Of a DNA stretch of 64,000 nt, positions 37,219 to 46,513 are shown piece after piece (the stretch's first letter is position 1; each line of letters starts with the position of its first letter). The notes under the pieces are model-generated. The model saw nothing but the letters and a program-made list of their open reading frames with translations, was not told the origin of the DNA and did not search any database. The stretch is from an uncultured Chloroflexia bacterium (GTDB lineage: Bacteria; Chloroflexota; Limnocylindria; Limnocylindrales; CSP1-4). The position numbers and the translations under genes are program-made. The stretch is taken from NCBI GenBank assembly GCA_963734535.1, contig CAVTHS010000008.1, positions 480,001 through 544,000 on the forward strand, written 5' to 3'.

Positions 37219-38939
37219 TGGAAGGGGCACCGGTCGCGGAGGGCGCGGGGGGCGCGCCCGTCGGCGCACCCCACCCGGCCGTCGAGATCTCACCGCGAGC
37301 GCGGTTCGAGGTCCTCGGCGCAATCCTGCTCGCGCTCCTTCTCGGCGCGCTCGACCAGACGATCGTCGGGACGGCGCTGCCGCGCATCGTCACCGATCTG
37401 CACGGCAACGACCTCTACACGTGGGCCGTCACGATCTACCTGCTGACCTCCACGATCAGCGTCCCGTTCTACGGCAAGCTGTCCGACTACTACGGCCGGA
37501 AGCCCCTCCTCATCTTCGGGATCACGGTCTTCCTGGTCGGCTCTGCGCTCTCGGGCCTGAGCGGCGAGATGTGGCAGCTGATCCTCTTCCGTGGCATCCA
37601 GGGCATCGGGGCCGGCTCGCTCTTCCCGATCTCGCTGGCGGTCATCGGCGACCTGTTCACGCCCGCCGAACGGGGCAAGTACCAGGGCCTGTTCGGGGCC
37701 GTGTTCGGGCTCTCGGCCCTCGTGGGTCCGGCGCTGGGCGGGATCATCACGGACACCGTCGGCTGGCACTGGATCTTCTACATCAACCTGCCCATCGGCC
37801 TCTTCTCGCTTCTCGTGGTCAGCCGCGTGCTGCCGAGCGTGAAGCGCCCCTATCACTCCCTCGACCTGGACCTCGTCGGCGCGTTCGTCTTCGTGGCCGC
37901 GATGATCCCGCTCCTGGTCGGCCTCACGAACAAGCAGACCGCCGACTGGGCGACTCCCGAGGTTGGCGGGCTCCTGCTGATCGCTGCGGTGCTCATCCCG
38001 GTCTTCCTGTTCATCGAGTCGCGGGTGAAGCAGCCGATCGTCCCGCTCGACCTCTGGCGCAGCCGCACGTACGCGGGCTCGCAGATCGCGACGTTCTTCG
38101 CGGCCTTCGGCTTCTTCTCGGCCACGATCTTCCTGCCGCGCTTCTACCAGGTGGTCAGGGGCGACAGCGCGACGATCTCGGGCTACGAGCTCTTCCCGCT
38201 CCTGGTGGGCGTCATCGTCTCGAGCATCGTCAGCGGCCAGATCGTGGCCCGGACGGGCAGGTACAAGGCGCTCCTGCTCGCCTCGGTCGTGTTCGTGGGC
38301 GTCGGCTCGCTCCTGTTCACGAACCTCGCCGCGACGTCCGACCCGTGGGTGATCCGCTTCTGGCAGTTCGTCCTGGGCGCGGGGATCGGCCCCACGCTGG
38401 CGGTCTTCACGATCGTGATCCAGAACGCGGTGCCGTTCAGCAAGCTCGGCGTGGCGACCTCGAACCTCACGTTCTTCCGCCAGATCGGCGGCACCGTGGG
38501 CCTCTCGATCGCGGGGTCCCTGTTCGGCACCCAGATCGCCAGCCAGATCCCGGCCCGCCTCCTCGCGAACGGCATTCCGCAGCAGGCCGTGGCCCAGTTC
38601 CAGGGTGGTGGCTTCGATCTCAACAACCTGGTCGGCGTCGGGGGCACGCTGGGCCAGCAGATCCTTGCGGGTGTCCCGGCCCAGGTCCGGCCGGTCGTGG
38701 AACCCTTGATCCCGAAGATCGTGACCTCGATCTACGAGGCGATGTCGCTCGCGATCGGGTCCGTCTTCTGGCTGGGGCTGGGAGCCTCCGTGCTCGCATT
38801 CCTTGCCGTGCTCGTCATCCGGGAGCTGCCGCTGCGCTCCTCGCTCGGGCCTGCCCGCGCGCAAACGCCGGGAGCTGCTGCGCCGAACCGGCCCGGCACC
38901 GACGGCGTTGGGCACACCCCAGCGCTCGCCGGGGAGTAG
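37215..38939 (+). CDS. DHA2 family (14-TM) MFS efflux pump
   Basis: LDQTIVGTALP, GKLSD-YGRK, FRGIQGIG, GP-LGG, W-WIFYINLP. Confidence 0.93.
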   Translation: MMEGAPVAEGAGGAPVGAPHPAVEISPRARFEVLGAILLALLLGALDQTIVGTALPRIVTDLHGNDLYTWAVTIYLLTSTISVPFYGKLSDYYGRKPLLIFGITVFLVGSALSGLSGEMWQLILFRGIQGIGAGSLFPISLAVIGDLFTPAERGKYQGLFGAVFGLSALVGPALGGIITDTVGWHWIFYINLPIGLFSLLVVSRVLPSVKRPYHSLDLDLVGAFVFVAAMIPLLVGLTNKQTADWATPEVGGLLLIAAVLIPVFLFIESRVKQPIVPLDLWRSRTYAGSQIATFFAAFGFFSATIFLPRFYQVVRGDSATISGYELFPLLVGVIVSSIVSGQIVARTGRYKALLLASVVFVGVGSLLFTNLAATSDPWVIRFWQFVLGAGIGPTLAVFTIVIQNAVPFSKLGVATSNLTFFRQIGGTVGLSIAGSLFGTQIASQIPARLLANGIPQQAVAQFQGGGFDLNNLVGVGGTLGQQILAGVPAQVRPVVEPLIPKIVTSIYEAMSLAIGSVFWLGLGASVLAFLAVLVIRELPLRSSLGPARAQTPGAAAPNRPGTDGVGHTPALAGE

Positions 38940-38945
38940 CGGCCG

Positions 38946-39470
38946 GTGGCAGGAGAGCGCGTCTCGCCGGGGCGCGAGCCCGGGCCCGCGACGCCGCGGA
39001 TCGTGGCCACCCCGCCGGGGCTGGCCGCACCCGGAACGGCCGGCGCGGCATTCGTGGCCGTGCTCGCGGTCGCTGACCTGGCGCCGGGCGCAATGGTTCG
39101 CGTCACCAATGGCGACCTGGACGTGCTCCTTGCCAACGTCCCCGGCGGCCTGCTGGCCACCGACGACCGCTGCCCGCACATGGCCGCGCCGCTCTCGCTG
39201 GGGCGCCTGGACGGCTGCATCGTGGACTGCCCGCTTCACAACGGGCGCTTCGACCTGTGCAGCGGCGAGACGATCCAGATGCCGACGACGGGCGGCCTGG
39301 ATGCCGACGGCGCTCCGCACCTGCCATGGTCCCCTCCCGGGACCGAGCCGAAGCCCGAACCCCCCGGCCGAAAGGCCGAGGCACGCCGCCTCACCCGCGT
39401 CCGACGCCTCCGCCACTACCCGGTCCGGGTGGTGAACGGGTTCATCGAGGTCGCCTTCCCGCACACCTGA
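38946..39470 (+). CDS. Rieske [2Fe-2S] ferredoxin
   Basis: DDRCPH...CPLHNGRFDL. Confidence 0.85.
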   Translation: MAGERVSPGREPGPATPRIVATPPGLAAPGTAGAAFVAVLAVADLAPGAMVRVTNGDLDVLLANVPGGLLATDDRCPHMAAPLSLGRLDGCIVDCPLHNGRFDLCSGETIQMPTTGGLDADGAPHLPWSPPGTEPKPEPPGRKAEARRLTRVRRLRHYPVRVVNGFIEVAFPHT

Positions 39471-39559
39471 TCTCGCCCGAGCGACGCTCGGGCGTGCGCC
39501 TTCCCTGAACGGTCCCGACGTTGACGGATGCGGGATGGGCCGGTAGGATCGCCAAGCCC

Positions 39560-41269
39560 ATGAAACACCGGCTCATCAGGGCCGTGGCCGCAATGGCGAT
39601 CGCCCTGGGGGCGTTCGCGGTCCCCAGCGGCACCGGTCCCACCTTCGCCGGGTCGACGTGCACGGGCTGGACGAGCACCCTCGTCCCGCCCACGACGATC
39701 CGGGTCTACCGATCGACGCTCCGGCGGACCGTCAAGGTTCCGTTCCGGTCCTACGTCGAGACGGTGATGGCGTCCGAGTGGGGCCCTTCGAACCCACCCG
39801 CAGCCCTCCAGGCCGGCGCGCTCGCCGTGAAGCAGTACGCCTGGTACTACGCCCGCGTGTGGCGCGGCGGCAGGGATCCGGCTGGCGCCTGCTACGACGT
39901 TCGCGACAACGGGTTCGACCAGGTGTACAACCCGTCGCGGGCTCCGGCCCCGGCCCACCGCGCGGCGGTCGCCGCCACGTGGCCGCTCACGCTGCGCCGC
40001 TCGGGCAGCTTCTTCCCCACCGGGTACTGGTCCGGATCCAGCGCGTGCGGGATCGCAGCCTGGAACGGCCGGCTGCTGCAGCGCGATGCCGCGGATTGCG
40101 CCCGCCGCCTGGGCGAGACGTCGGAGCAGATCCTGCGCCGCTTCTACGGCACCATCGAGTGGGTCTGGCCCGGCATCAACGACATGACCGGGGATGGCCG
40201 GGGCGACGTGGCCACCGTGCAGAGCGCGACGGATGGGACGGTGACGGCGCGCCTGGTCACCACGGACCCGGCAGCGGTTGCCGCCGATGGCGCCGCCGCC
40301 ACGACCGCCCTCGACGCGATCCCGCCGGGCGCGAAGCTCCTCGGCCGCGTGGCCGCCGACGTCAACGGCGATGGGCGACGGGACATCGTCAGCCTGGTGG
40401 CAGGCGCGGATGGCGTCGCCGTCCTGCGCGTCATGCTCGCCACCGGGACCGGGTTCGTGCCGGCCTCCACGTGGTGGTCGAGCGCGGGCGAGCCACAGCC
40501 CTTCGACACGACCGGCCTGCGGCTCGTGGGGGGCGACTTCAACGCCGACCGATTCGCGGACGCGGCCCTGATCCGGGTCGTCCCGGGCGATGCGCCGCGA
40601 ACCGACGTGCTCGTCGCGACCTCCAACGGGAGCTCGTTCGACCCGGCGGGCGTCATGCTGAGCATGCCCGAGGATCTCTCGACGAGCCAATTCCTCGCGG
40701 GGGACACGACCGGGGACGGCCGCGCCGACCTCGTGATCCTCCGGCCGACGAGCCCGGACGTCGCGCCGCCCGTCGACGGCAGCCCGCCGCCCAGCGCCCC
40801 TCCCGCCCCGACGGGCACCGCCGTCCAGGTCGCGGTGATGTCGGCGGGAGCGACCCTTGGCGCGCCGGCAACCTGGTTGCAGGCGCCCGTGCCGCCCGAC
40901 GCCATCAAGGCCGTCGTGGGCGACGCCACCCGCGACGGACGCGACGACCTGCTCGTCGCCGAGCGACAGCCCGATGGGTCGGCCGTCCTCGCCGTCTACG
41001 ACTCGAGCGCAAAGGCCACCATGAGCCGCGACGTGTATCCGGTCTCGCCCGACCTGCCGCTCGCCTTCGACGACATCCGCCTCGCGACCGCGGACTTCAC
41101 CGGCGACGGGATGACGGACCTGCTCGTCTTCAGGAAGCTGCCGGTGGCCGCGGACGGCACGGTCCAGGGCGTCGAGATCCAGCGCTACTGGACCACGCCG
41201 AACGGGTTCAGCCGGTTCCCCTTGCGGGCCGACCCCACCCTGGACTGGGCGACGCTCGACCCACTCTGA
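39560..41269 (+). CDS. secreted SpoIID/LytB-domain protein with FG-GAP/VCBS repeats
   Basis: signal peptide; YV--VM-SEW, AL-AGA-AVK-YA, DQVY, QIL--FY; repeated DxNGDGRxD motifs. Confidence 0.8.
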   Translation: MKHRLIRAVAAMAIALGAFAVPSGTGPTFAGSTCTGWTSTLVPPTTIRVYRSTLRRTVKVPFRSYVETVMASEWGPSNPPAALQAGALAVKQYAWYYARVWRGGRDPAGACYDVRDNGFDQVYNPSRAPAPAHRAAVAATWPLTLRRSGSFFPTGYWSGSSACGIAAWNGRLLQRDAADCARRLGETSEQILRRFYGTIEWVWPGINDMTGDGRGDVATVQSATDGTVTARLVTTDPAAVAADGAAATTALDAIPPGAKLLGRVAADVNGDGRRDIVSLVAGADGVAVLRVMLATGTGFVPASTWWSSAGEPQPFDTTGLRLVGGDFNADRFADAALIRVVPGDAPRTDVLVATSNGSSFDPAGVMLSMPEDLSTSQFLAGDTTGDGRADLVILRPTSPDVAPPVDGSPPPSAPPAPTGTAVQVAVMSAGATLGAPATWLQAPVPPDAIKAVVGDATRDGRDDLLVAERQPDGSAVLAVYDSSAKATMSRDVYPVSPDLPLAFDDIRLATADFTGDGMTDLLVFRKLPVAADGTVQGVEIQRYWTTPNGFSRFPLRADPTLDWATLDPL

Positions 41270-41272
41270 TCC

Positions 41273-42157
41273 TCAGGCGTCCTCGGTCGCGCGGAGGGGG
41301 AGGTTCGTCTCCACGAAACGTCGGAGACCGTCCACGACCTCGGCGAGGTCGTCGGTGACCGTGAAGAGATCCAGGTCGGCCTCCGCGATCGTGCCCTCGG
41401 CGAGGAGCGTCCCCCGGAACCACGCGAGCAGGCCCGACCAGTAGGCCGTCCCGACCAGGAACACCGGGAAGTGCTTGATCTTGCCGGTCTGGATCAGGGT
41501 GAGCGACTCGAACAGCTCGTCCAGCGTCCCGAAGCCGCCGGGGAAGATCACGAACCCCTCCGCGTACTTCACGAACATCGTCTTGCGGACGAAGAAGTAG
41601 CGGAACTCGACGCCCAGGTCCACCCACGGGTTCAGCCACTGCTCGTGGGGCAGCTCGATGTTGCAGCCCACGGAGAATCCCCCGGCCTCGAAGCAGCCCC
41701 GGTTCGCGGCGGCCATGACGCCGGGCCCGCCGCCCGTGATGACCGTCAGGCCGGCCTCGGCCAGGAGGCCGCCGAGCTCGCGCGCCTGCTCGTAGACCGG
41801 GTCGTCCTCGGCCACCCGCGCGGACCCGAAGACCGTCACGGCGGGCCCGATGCCCGCCAGCGCGTCGAACCCCTCCACGAACTCGGCCTGGATCCGGAGC
41901 GTCCGCCACGGGTCCGAATCGAGGAACGCGGTTCGGCTCCGCCGGAGGAGCCGCTCGTCGGCGGTACCGGCCCGCGACGGGACCTGGCGGTCCACCGCTT
42001 CCCGCCGGACAACGAGCCGGCCCGCCCGCCGGAGCTTGTCGCGCCCGGTCGTGATCGGCTCGCCCTCCACGCCGCGGGCGCGAAGGTCCTCCGGCTCGTC
42101 GGATCGGGAGGGGGGCGGCGCATCCCGGGACGGGGGCGGCGCGTCGGTGTCTGGCAT
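41273..42157 (-). CDS. LOG family (TIGR00730-like) nucleotide phosphoribohydrolase
   Basis: VTVFGSAR, ITGGGPGVM-AANRG, YFFVRKTMFVKY, PGGFGTLDELFE. Confidence 0.92.
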   Translation of the reverse strand: MPDTDAPPPSRDAPPPSRSDEPEDLRARGVEGEPITTGRDKLRRAGRLVVRREAVDRQVPSRAGTADERLLRRSRTAFLDSDPWRTLRIQAEFVEGFDALAGIGPAVTVFGSARVAEDDPVYEQARELGGLLAEAGLTVITGGGPGVMAAANRGCFEAGGFSVGCNIELPHEQWLNPWVDLGVEFRYFFVRKTMFVKYAEGFVIFPGGFGTLDELFESLTLIQTGKIKHFPVFLVGTAYWSGLLAWFRGTLLAEGTIAEADLDLFTVTDDLAEVVDGLRRFVETNLPLRATEDA

Positions 42158-42185
42158 CGGGACCTCCGGGCGATGGACGGCCGGG

Positions 42186-42560
42186 TCAGGGACCCGGGAC
42201 GGTGAACCAGGTCTTCCAGGTGGCATCGGCCGGGCCGGCCGTGACCGCATTGCCGTTCCGGACGAGCGGCAGGCGCAGCAGCCGCGCGTCGCCCAGGAGC
42301 CGCGCCGCCAGCTCCGCGTCGTCCATCCGCAGGTAGCCCAGCCCGGCGTCCAGCCACGGTCGCGCGGTCGTGTCGGCCAGCGCGGCGGCGCCGAGCTTCG
42401 CCACGAACCGCTGCAGCTCCCCGGGCGCGATCGGCTTGCGCCGCAGGTCCACGAAGTGCACCGTGATCCGGCGCTCCTTGAAGAAGCGGAGCGCGGCCCG
42501 GGTCGGCTGGCTGTCCTCGCGACCGAAGACCTGGACGCTTGGCGCTGGCGCGGCAGGCAT
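42186..42560 (-). CDS. ArsC/Spx/MgsR family protein lacking the redox Cys
   Basis: VQVFG---SQPTR-A-RFFKERR, DL---P---GEL, LLRLPLVRNG. Confidence 0.75.
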   Translation of the reverse strand: MPAAPAPSVQVFGREDSQPTRAALRFFKERRITVHFVDLRRKPIAPGELQRFVAKLGAAALADTTARPWLDAGLGYLRMDDAELAARLLGDARLLRLPLVRNGNAVTAGPADATWKTWFTVPGP

Positions 42561-42685
42561 GTCGCGATCGTAGCGCGCCGCCGGCGCGTCGGGGACTCGA
42601 GCCGTCCGCAAGGGGGCTCGACCAGCCCGCGGGCACGAGCAGCCCGCGGGGCCCGGCGCTACCATCGGCGTGGAGGTGATCGAAG

Positions 42686-42964
42686 GTGTCCGTCTGGTTC
42701 ACGGTCCGGCTCGACGACGCGCCGGGTTCCCTTGCCCGGGCCGCGGCGGCCCTGGCCGAGCGCGGCGTCAACATCACGGGCATCGTCGGCGTTGCCGAGG
42801 ACACGGACGGGGAGCTGATGCTCACCACCAGCGACGCGGTCGCGACGCGCGAGGCGCTGACGGCTCTGGGCGTGGCGTTCGACGAGCACGACCCCACCGA
42901 CCCGCACGGGCTTGCCGGCCCCGGAGCCCTGGCCGACCTGGCCCGCGGCCTCGCGGACCGCTGA
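42686..42964 (+). CDS. stand-alone ACT domain protein
   Basis: V-LDD-PGSLA-AA-ALAE-GVNI; GGAGG RBS. Confidence 0.8.
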   Translation: MSVWFTVRLDDAPGSLARAAAALAERGVNITGIVGVAEDTDGELMLTTSDAVATREALTALGVAFDEHDPTDPHGLAGPGALADLARGLADR

Positions 42965-43017
42965 GCCCCCGCCGTGCCGCGCCTCGCAGTGCTGCACCCT
43001 GACGGTCGCGTGCGCTC

Positions 43018-43710
43018 GTGAGCCCGCGCCGGGGAGCCGCGACCCCGCCGACCGTCGCCATCCGCGTCATCCATGACGACACGCCCGCGGCGCTCCCGGC
43101 GATCCTCGCCACGCTCGCACGGGCCGGCGCGACGCTCCGCACGCTGAGCACGGTCCGGCGGCTGGACGACACCGGCACCGGGCCGGCCGTCGAGACCGAG
43201 ATCGAGGTTGAAGGCGTCGACGAGGCGGGCCTCGACGCTGCCACGGCCAACGCGCCGGGCGTGCGCGAACGGCGGGCGACCCGGACCATGGACCGGATCT
43301 TCGGCAAGCGGATCATCGTCGTCGGCGGCGGCGCGCAGGTCGCCCAGGTCGCGCTCGGCGCCGTCTCGGAGGCCGACCGCCACAACCTGCGCGGCGAACG
43401 CATCTCGGTCGACACGATCGCCCTGGTCGGCGAAGCGAACATCGCCGGCGCGGTCCGGGCAGTGGCGGACCTGCCCCGCGCGCGATGCCTGGTCCTGGCG
43501 GGCTCGATCATGGGCGGTGATATCAGCCGGGCCGCGGACGAGCTGCGTGCGGTCGGCATCCCGATCATCGCCCTCAACATGGTCGGATCCATCACCGACC
43601 ACGTGGACCTCGTCGTGACCGATCCGGTCCAGGCCGGAACGATGGCGGTCATGGCGGTCGCCGACACCGCGACCTTCGACCTTGCCCGGCAGCGCGGCCG
43701 GCGGTACTGA
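43018..43710 (+). CDS. DUF5612 / AF1403-like ACT-containing protein
   Basis: [64 protein letters not shown]; recalled from the archaeal AF1403 family. Confidence 0.82.
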   Translation: MSPRRGAATPPTVAIRVIHDDTPAALPAILATLARAGATLRTLSTVRRLDDTGTGPAVETEIEVEGVDEAGLDAATANAPGVRERRATRTMDRIFGKRIIVVGGGAQVAQVALGAVSEADRHNLRGERISVDTIALVGEANIAGAVRAVADLPRARCLVLAGSIMGGDISRAADELRAVGIPIIALNMVGSITDHVDLVVTDPVQAGTMAVMAVADTATFDLARQRGRRY

Positions 43711-43723
43711 GGGGTCCTGCGCC

Positions 43724-44629
43724 GTGCGAATCGCGACCTGGAACGTCAACTCCCTCAAGGCGCGCCTGGAGAAGGTCGAATGGTGGCTGGAGCGCGCAGC
43801 GCCCGACGTGCTGCTGCTCCAGGAGACGAAGCTCTCCGACGACGCCGCTCCCCTGCTCCCCTTCTCCATGGCCGGCTACGAGCTGCTCCATCACGGCGAG
43901 GGGCGCTGGAATGGCGTCGCGATCGCGAGCCGGGTCGGGCTCTCGGACGTGGTCACGAACTTCGGGGACGGACCGGTGCGCTCGTCGGCGGCCGGCACCG
44001 TCGACGAGGAGGCGTTCGACCCACTCGGCGAGGCCCGGATGGTGAGCGCGGTCTGCGGCGGGGTCCGGGTGGTCTCCATCTACGCGCCGAACGGCCGCGT
44101 GGTCGGGTCGTCGTTCTACGCGGGCAAGCTCGCCTGGTTCGCGCGACTCCGCCGCTGGCTCGACGCGACCCAGCAGCCTGGGGCCCCGCTCCTGGTCGGC
44201 GGCGACTTCAACGTGGCGCCCGCGGACCTCGACGTGTGGGACCCCGCCGCGGCGCACGGGGGCACGCACGTCTCCGAGCCGGAGCGGGCGGCGTTCCGGA
44301 CCCTTCTGGACTGGGGGCTGGAGGACACGTGGCGCTCGCGGAACCCGGGCCTCCGGCGATTCACGTGGTGGGACTACCGGGCCGGGAACTTCCAGCGCGA
44401 CGAGGGGATGCGAATCGACCACCTCCTGGCGACCGGCCCCGTGACGGCGCGCATCGTCGCCGTCGAGGTCGACCGCGAGGCGCGCAAGGGCAAGCCGGTC
44501 CCATCCGACCACGCGCCGCTCGTCCTCGACCTCGACGAGCCGGGCCGGCCGTTCGACGCGGGCTGGTCCGACGCGGCGGCGCGCATCGCCGATCGGGTGG
44601 CCGCCCGGCGGAGTGCTGCCGGCGCCTGA
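43724..44629 (+). CDS. xth: exodeoxyribonuclease III
   Basis: RIATWNVNS, LQETK, WNGVAI, Y-PNG, GDFNVAP, FTWWDYR, RIDH, SDHAP. Confidence 0.95.
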   Translation: MRIATWNVNSLKARLEKVEWWLERAAPDVLLLQETKLSDDAAPLLPFSMAGYELLHHGEGRWNGVAIASRVGLSDVVTNFGDGPVRSSAAGTVDEEAFDPLGEARMVSAVCGGVRVVSIYAPNGRVVGSSFYAGKLAWFARLRRWLDATQQPGAPLLVGGDFNVAPADLDVWDPAAAHGGTHVSEPERAAFRTLLDWGLEDTWRSRNPGLRRFTWWDYRAGNFQRDEGMRIDHLLATGPVTARIVAVEVDREARKGKPVPSDHAPLVLDLDEPGRPFDAGWSDAAARIADRVAARRSAAGA

Positions 44630-44675
44630 CATCCACCGGCTCGACGCGGCCGTATCACCGGGAAACGGAGGTTCG

Positions 44676-45404
44676 ATGACACCCGACGCAGACCAGGCGA
44701 TCGCGCTGCAGGCCGGACATCCCGGCCCAACGGGCCACCATTCGCACCACGCGAGCGAGGATGAGGACGCGGACTTCGGCCCGCGGTTCAGGCCCGACGA
44801 GCCGCGGACCGTCTCGGACGCGGACCGGCTCCGCTATGAGGGCTACCTCGCCGAGATCCTCACCGCCCTCGGCCTCGACCTCGACACGCCGGGGACGAGC
44901 GCCACGCCGCGCCGGCTCCTGCAGGCGCTCTTCGACACGACGGCCGGGTACGAGGGAGATCCCAAGCTCCTCACGGCCTTCCCCACCGAGTGCCGGGGCG
45001 GCGCGAACTGCGAGATCGCGCAGGTCGTCGAAGGCCCCATCCCGTTCTTCGCGCTGTGCGAGCACCACGCCCTGCCGTTCTTCGGCAACGTCTACGTCGG
45101 ATATGTCGCCCACGAGGGGATCATCGGCATCAGCAAGCTGACCCGCCTCGTCCACGTGGTGACCCGCCGCTTCGGCGTGCAGGAGCGGATGACCTACCAG
45201 ATCGCCGACGAGCTCGACCGGATGATGTCGCCGCATGGCGTGGCCGTCTACGCCGAGGCCCACCACCTCTGCACGCAGATGCGCGGCGTCCGGGAGCTCC
45301 ACCCGAAGACGCGAACCACCTCGTATCGCGGCGCGTACGTGGAGAGCCCGCAGCTGCGCGGTGAGTTCTTCGACGTGAGCGGCCTTCGTCGGGCGGAGTC
45401 TTGA
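44676..45404 (+). CDS. folE: GTP cyclohydrolase I
   Basis: TPRR, CEHH-LPF-G, GISKL-R, QERMT, A-HLC--MRGV. Confidence 0.92.
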   Translation: MTPDADQAIALQAGHPGPTGHHSHHASEDEDADFGPRFRPDEPRTVSDADRLRYEGYLAEILTALGLDLDTPGTSATPRRLLQALFDTTAGYEGDPKLLTAFPTECRGGANCEIAQVVEGPIPFFALCEHHALPFFGNVYVGYVAHEGIIGISKLTRLVHVVTRRFGVQERMTYQIADELDRMMSPHGVAVYAEAHHLCTQMRGVRELHPKTRTTSYRGAYVESPQLRGEFFDVSGLRRAES

Positions 45405-46336
45405 CCGGGTCCGATCCCGCGCTGGCGCCGGGCCACCGGGGAGATTCCCGGCTCGAACGCCTGTGGGACCGGGCGTCCGACCCCGCGGCGCCGGCGCCAT
45501 CGCGGCCGGACGTCCGAGGTGGCCGGCTGCCCTCCGGCCTCGGCGATCGCTACGACGGCGAGCTGCGCGTCGCCCTGCGCCCCGATCGACCGACCGTGAT
45601 CGCCAACTTCGTGTCGACGATCGACGGCGTGGTCGCGTTCGACACGGACGGAAGCACCGGCGGCGGTGAGGTCAGCGGGTTCGCGGACGCGGATCGCTTC
45701 GTCATGGGACTGCTCCGGGCGATGGCCGATGTCGTCCTCGTCGGGGCGGGCACGGTCCGCGCCGCGCCGACGCACGAATGGACGCCGCGGCGCGTCCAGC
45801 CGGGGTCGGCCGGGCTGTACGCGTCGTGGCGCGACACGATGGGAATCGCCAGCCCGCAGCCGACGACGATCGTCGCGACCGCGAGCGGTTCGCTCGATCC
45901 GAAGCACCCTGGCCTGTCCGCTCCCGACGTGCCGGTGATCCTGGCCACGACGGAATCCGGGGCCGCGCGCCTTCGGGCCGCCGGTCCGGCATCGAACGCG
46001 CGGATCGAGGTCGCCGGATCCGGCGGGCCGATTGCGGCGACGGCGCTGGTCGAGATTGCCGCCAGGTCCGGCGCACGGGTCGTCCTCTGCGAGGGCGGCC
46101 CGCACCTCATCGGCGACCTGCTCGCCGCCGGGCTGCTCGACGAGCTCTTCCTGACCCTCGCGCCCCAGCTCGCAGGTCGAGATGACTTGACGCACCGGCT
46201 CGCGCTGGTGGAAGGCACCGCGTTCGAGATCGCGAAGGCGCCGTGGGCGCAGCTCGGGTCCGTACGCAGGTCCGGCGACCATCTCTTCCTTCGCTACCAC
46301 GTCGGCGGCCCCGCATCGAGGCCGGGAGCCGGGTAG
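45401..46336 (+). CDS. RibD C-terminal/dihydrofolate reductase family protein
   Basis: NFVSTIDG, D---M--LRA-ADVVLVGAGTVR, LCEGGP-L, DELFLTLAP. Confidence 0.88.
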   Translation: MTGSDPALAPGHRGDSRLERLWDRASDPAAPAPSRPDVRGGRLPSGLGDRYDGELRVALRPDRPTVIANFVSTIDGVVAFDTDGSTGGGEVSGFADADRFVMGLLRAMADVVLVGAGTVRAAPTHEWTPRRVQPGSAGLYASWRDTMGIASPQPTTIVATASGSLDPKHPGLSAPDVPVILATTESGAARLRAAGPASNARIEVAGSGGPIAATALVEIAARSGARVVLCEGGPHLIGDLLAAGLLDELFLTLAPQLAGRDDLTHRLALVEGTAFEIAKAPWAQLGSVRRSGDHLFLRYHVGGPASRPGAG

Positions 46337-46432
46337 CGGCCCGCGCGTTGATGGCCGGGTAGCGGGCCCGCGCGTGCTGGGCCGGGTACCCGGCCCAGTT
46401 CTCCGGGCCGGTTCTCCAGGCCCGGTTCTCCA
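46328..46432 (+). repeat. degenerate tandem repeats (GCCGGGTAGCGGCCCGCGCGT x2-3; GTTCTCC x3)
   Basis: read directly in the intergenic spacer. Confidence 0.65.
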
Positions 46433-46513
46433 CGGCGACGCGGCCTAGACTGGAGGCTGGCGATCCCCAATTCGGTGATCGCCCGTCGGAAGGACGGGAT
46501 TTCGGGACCGCGG

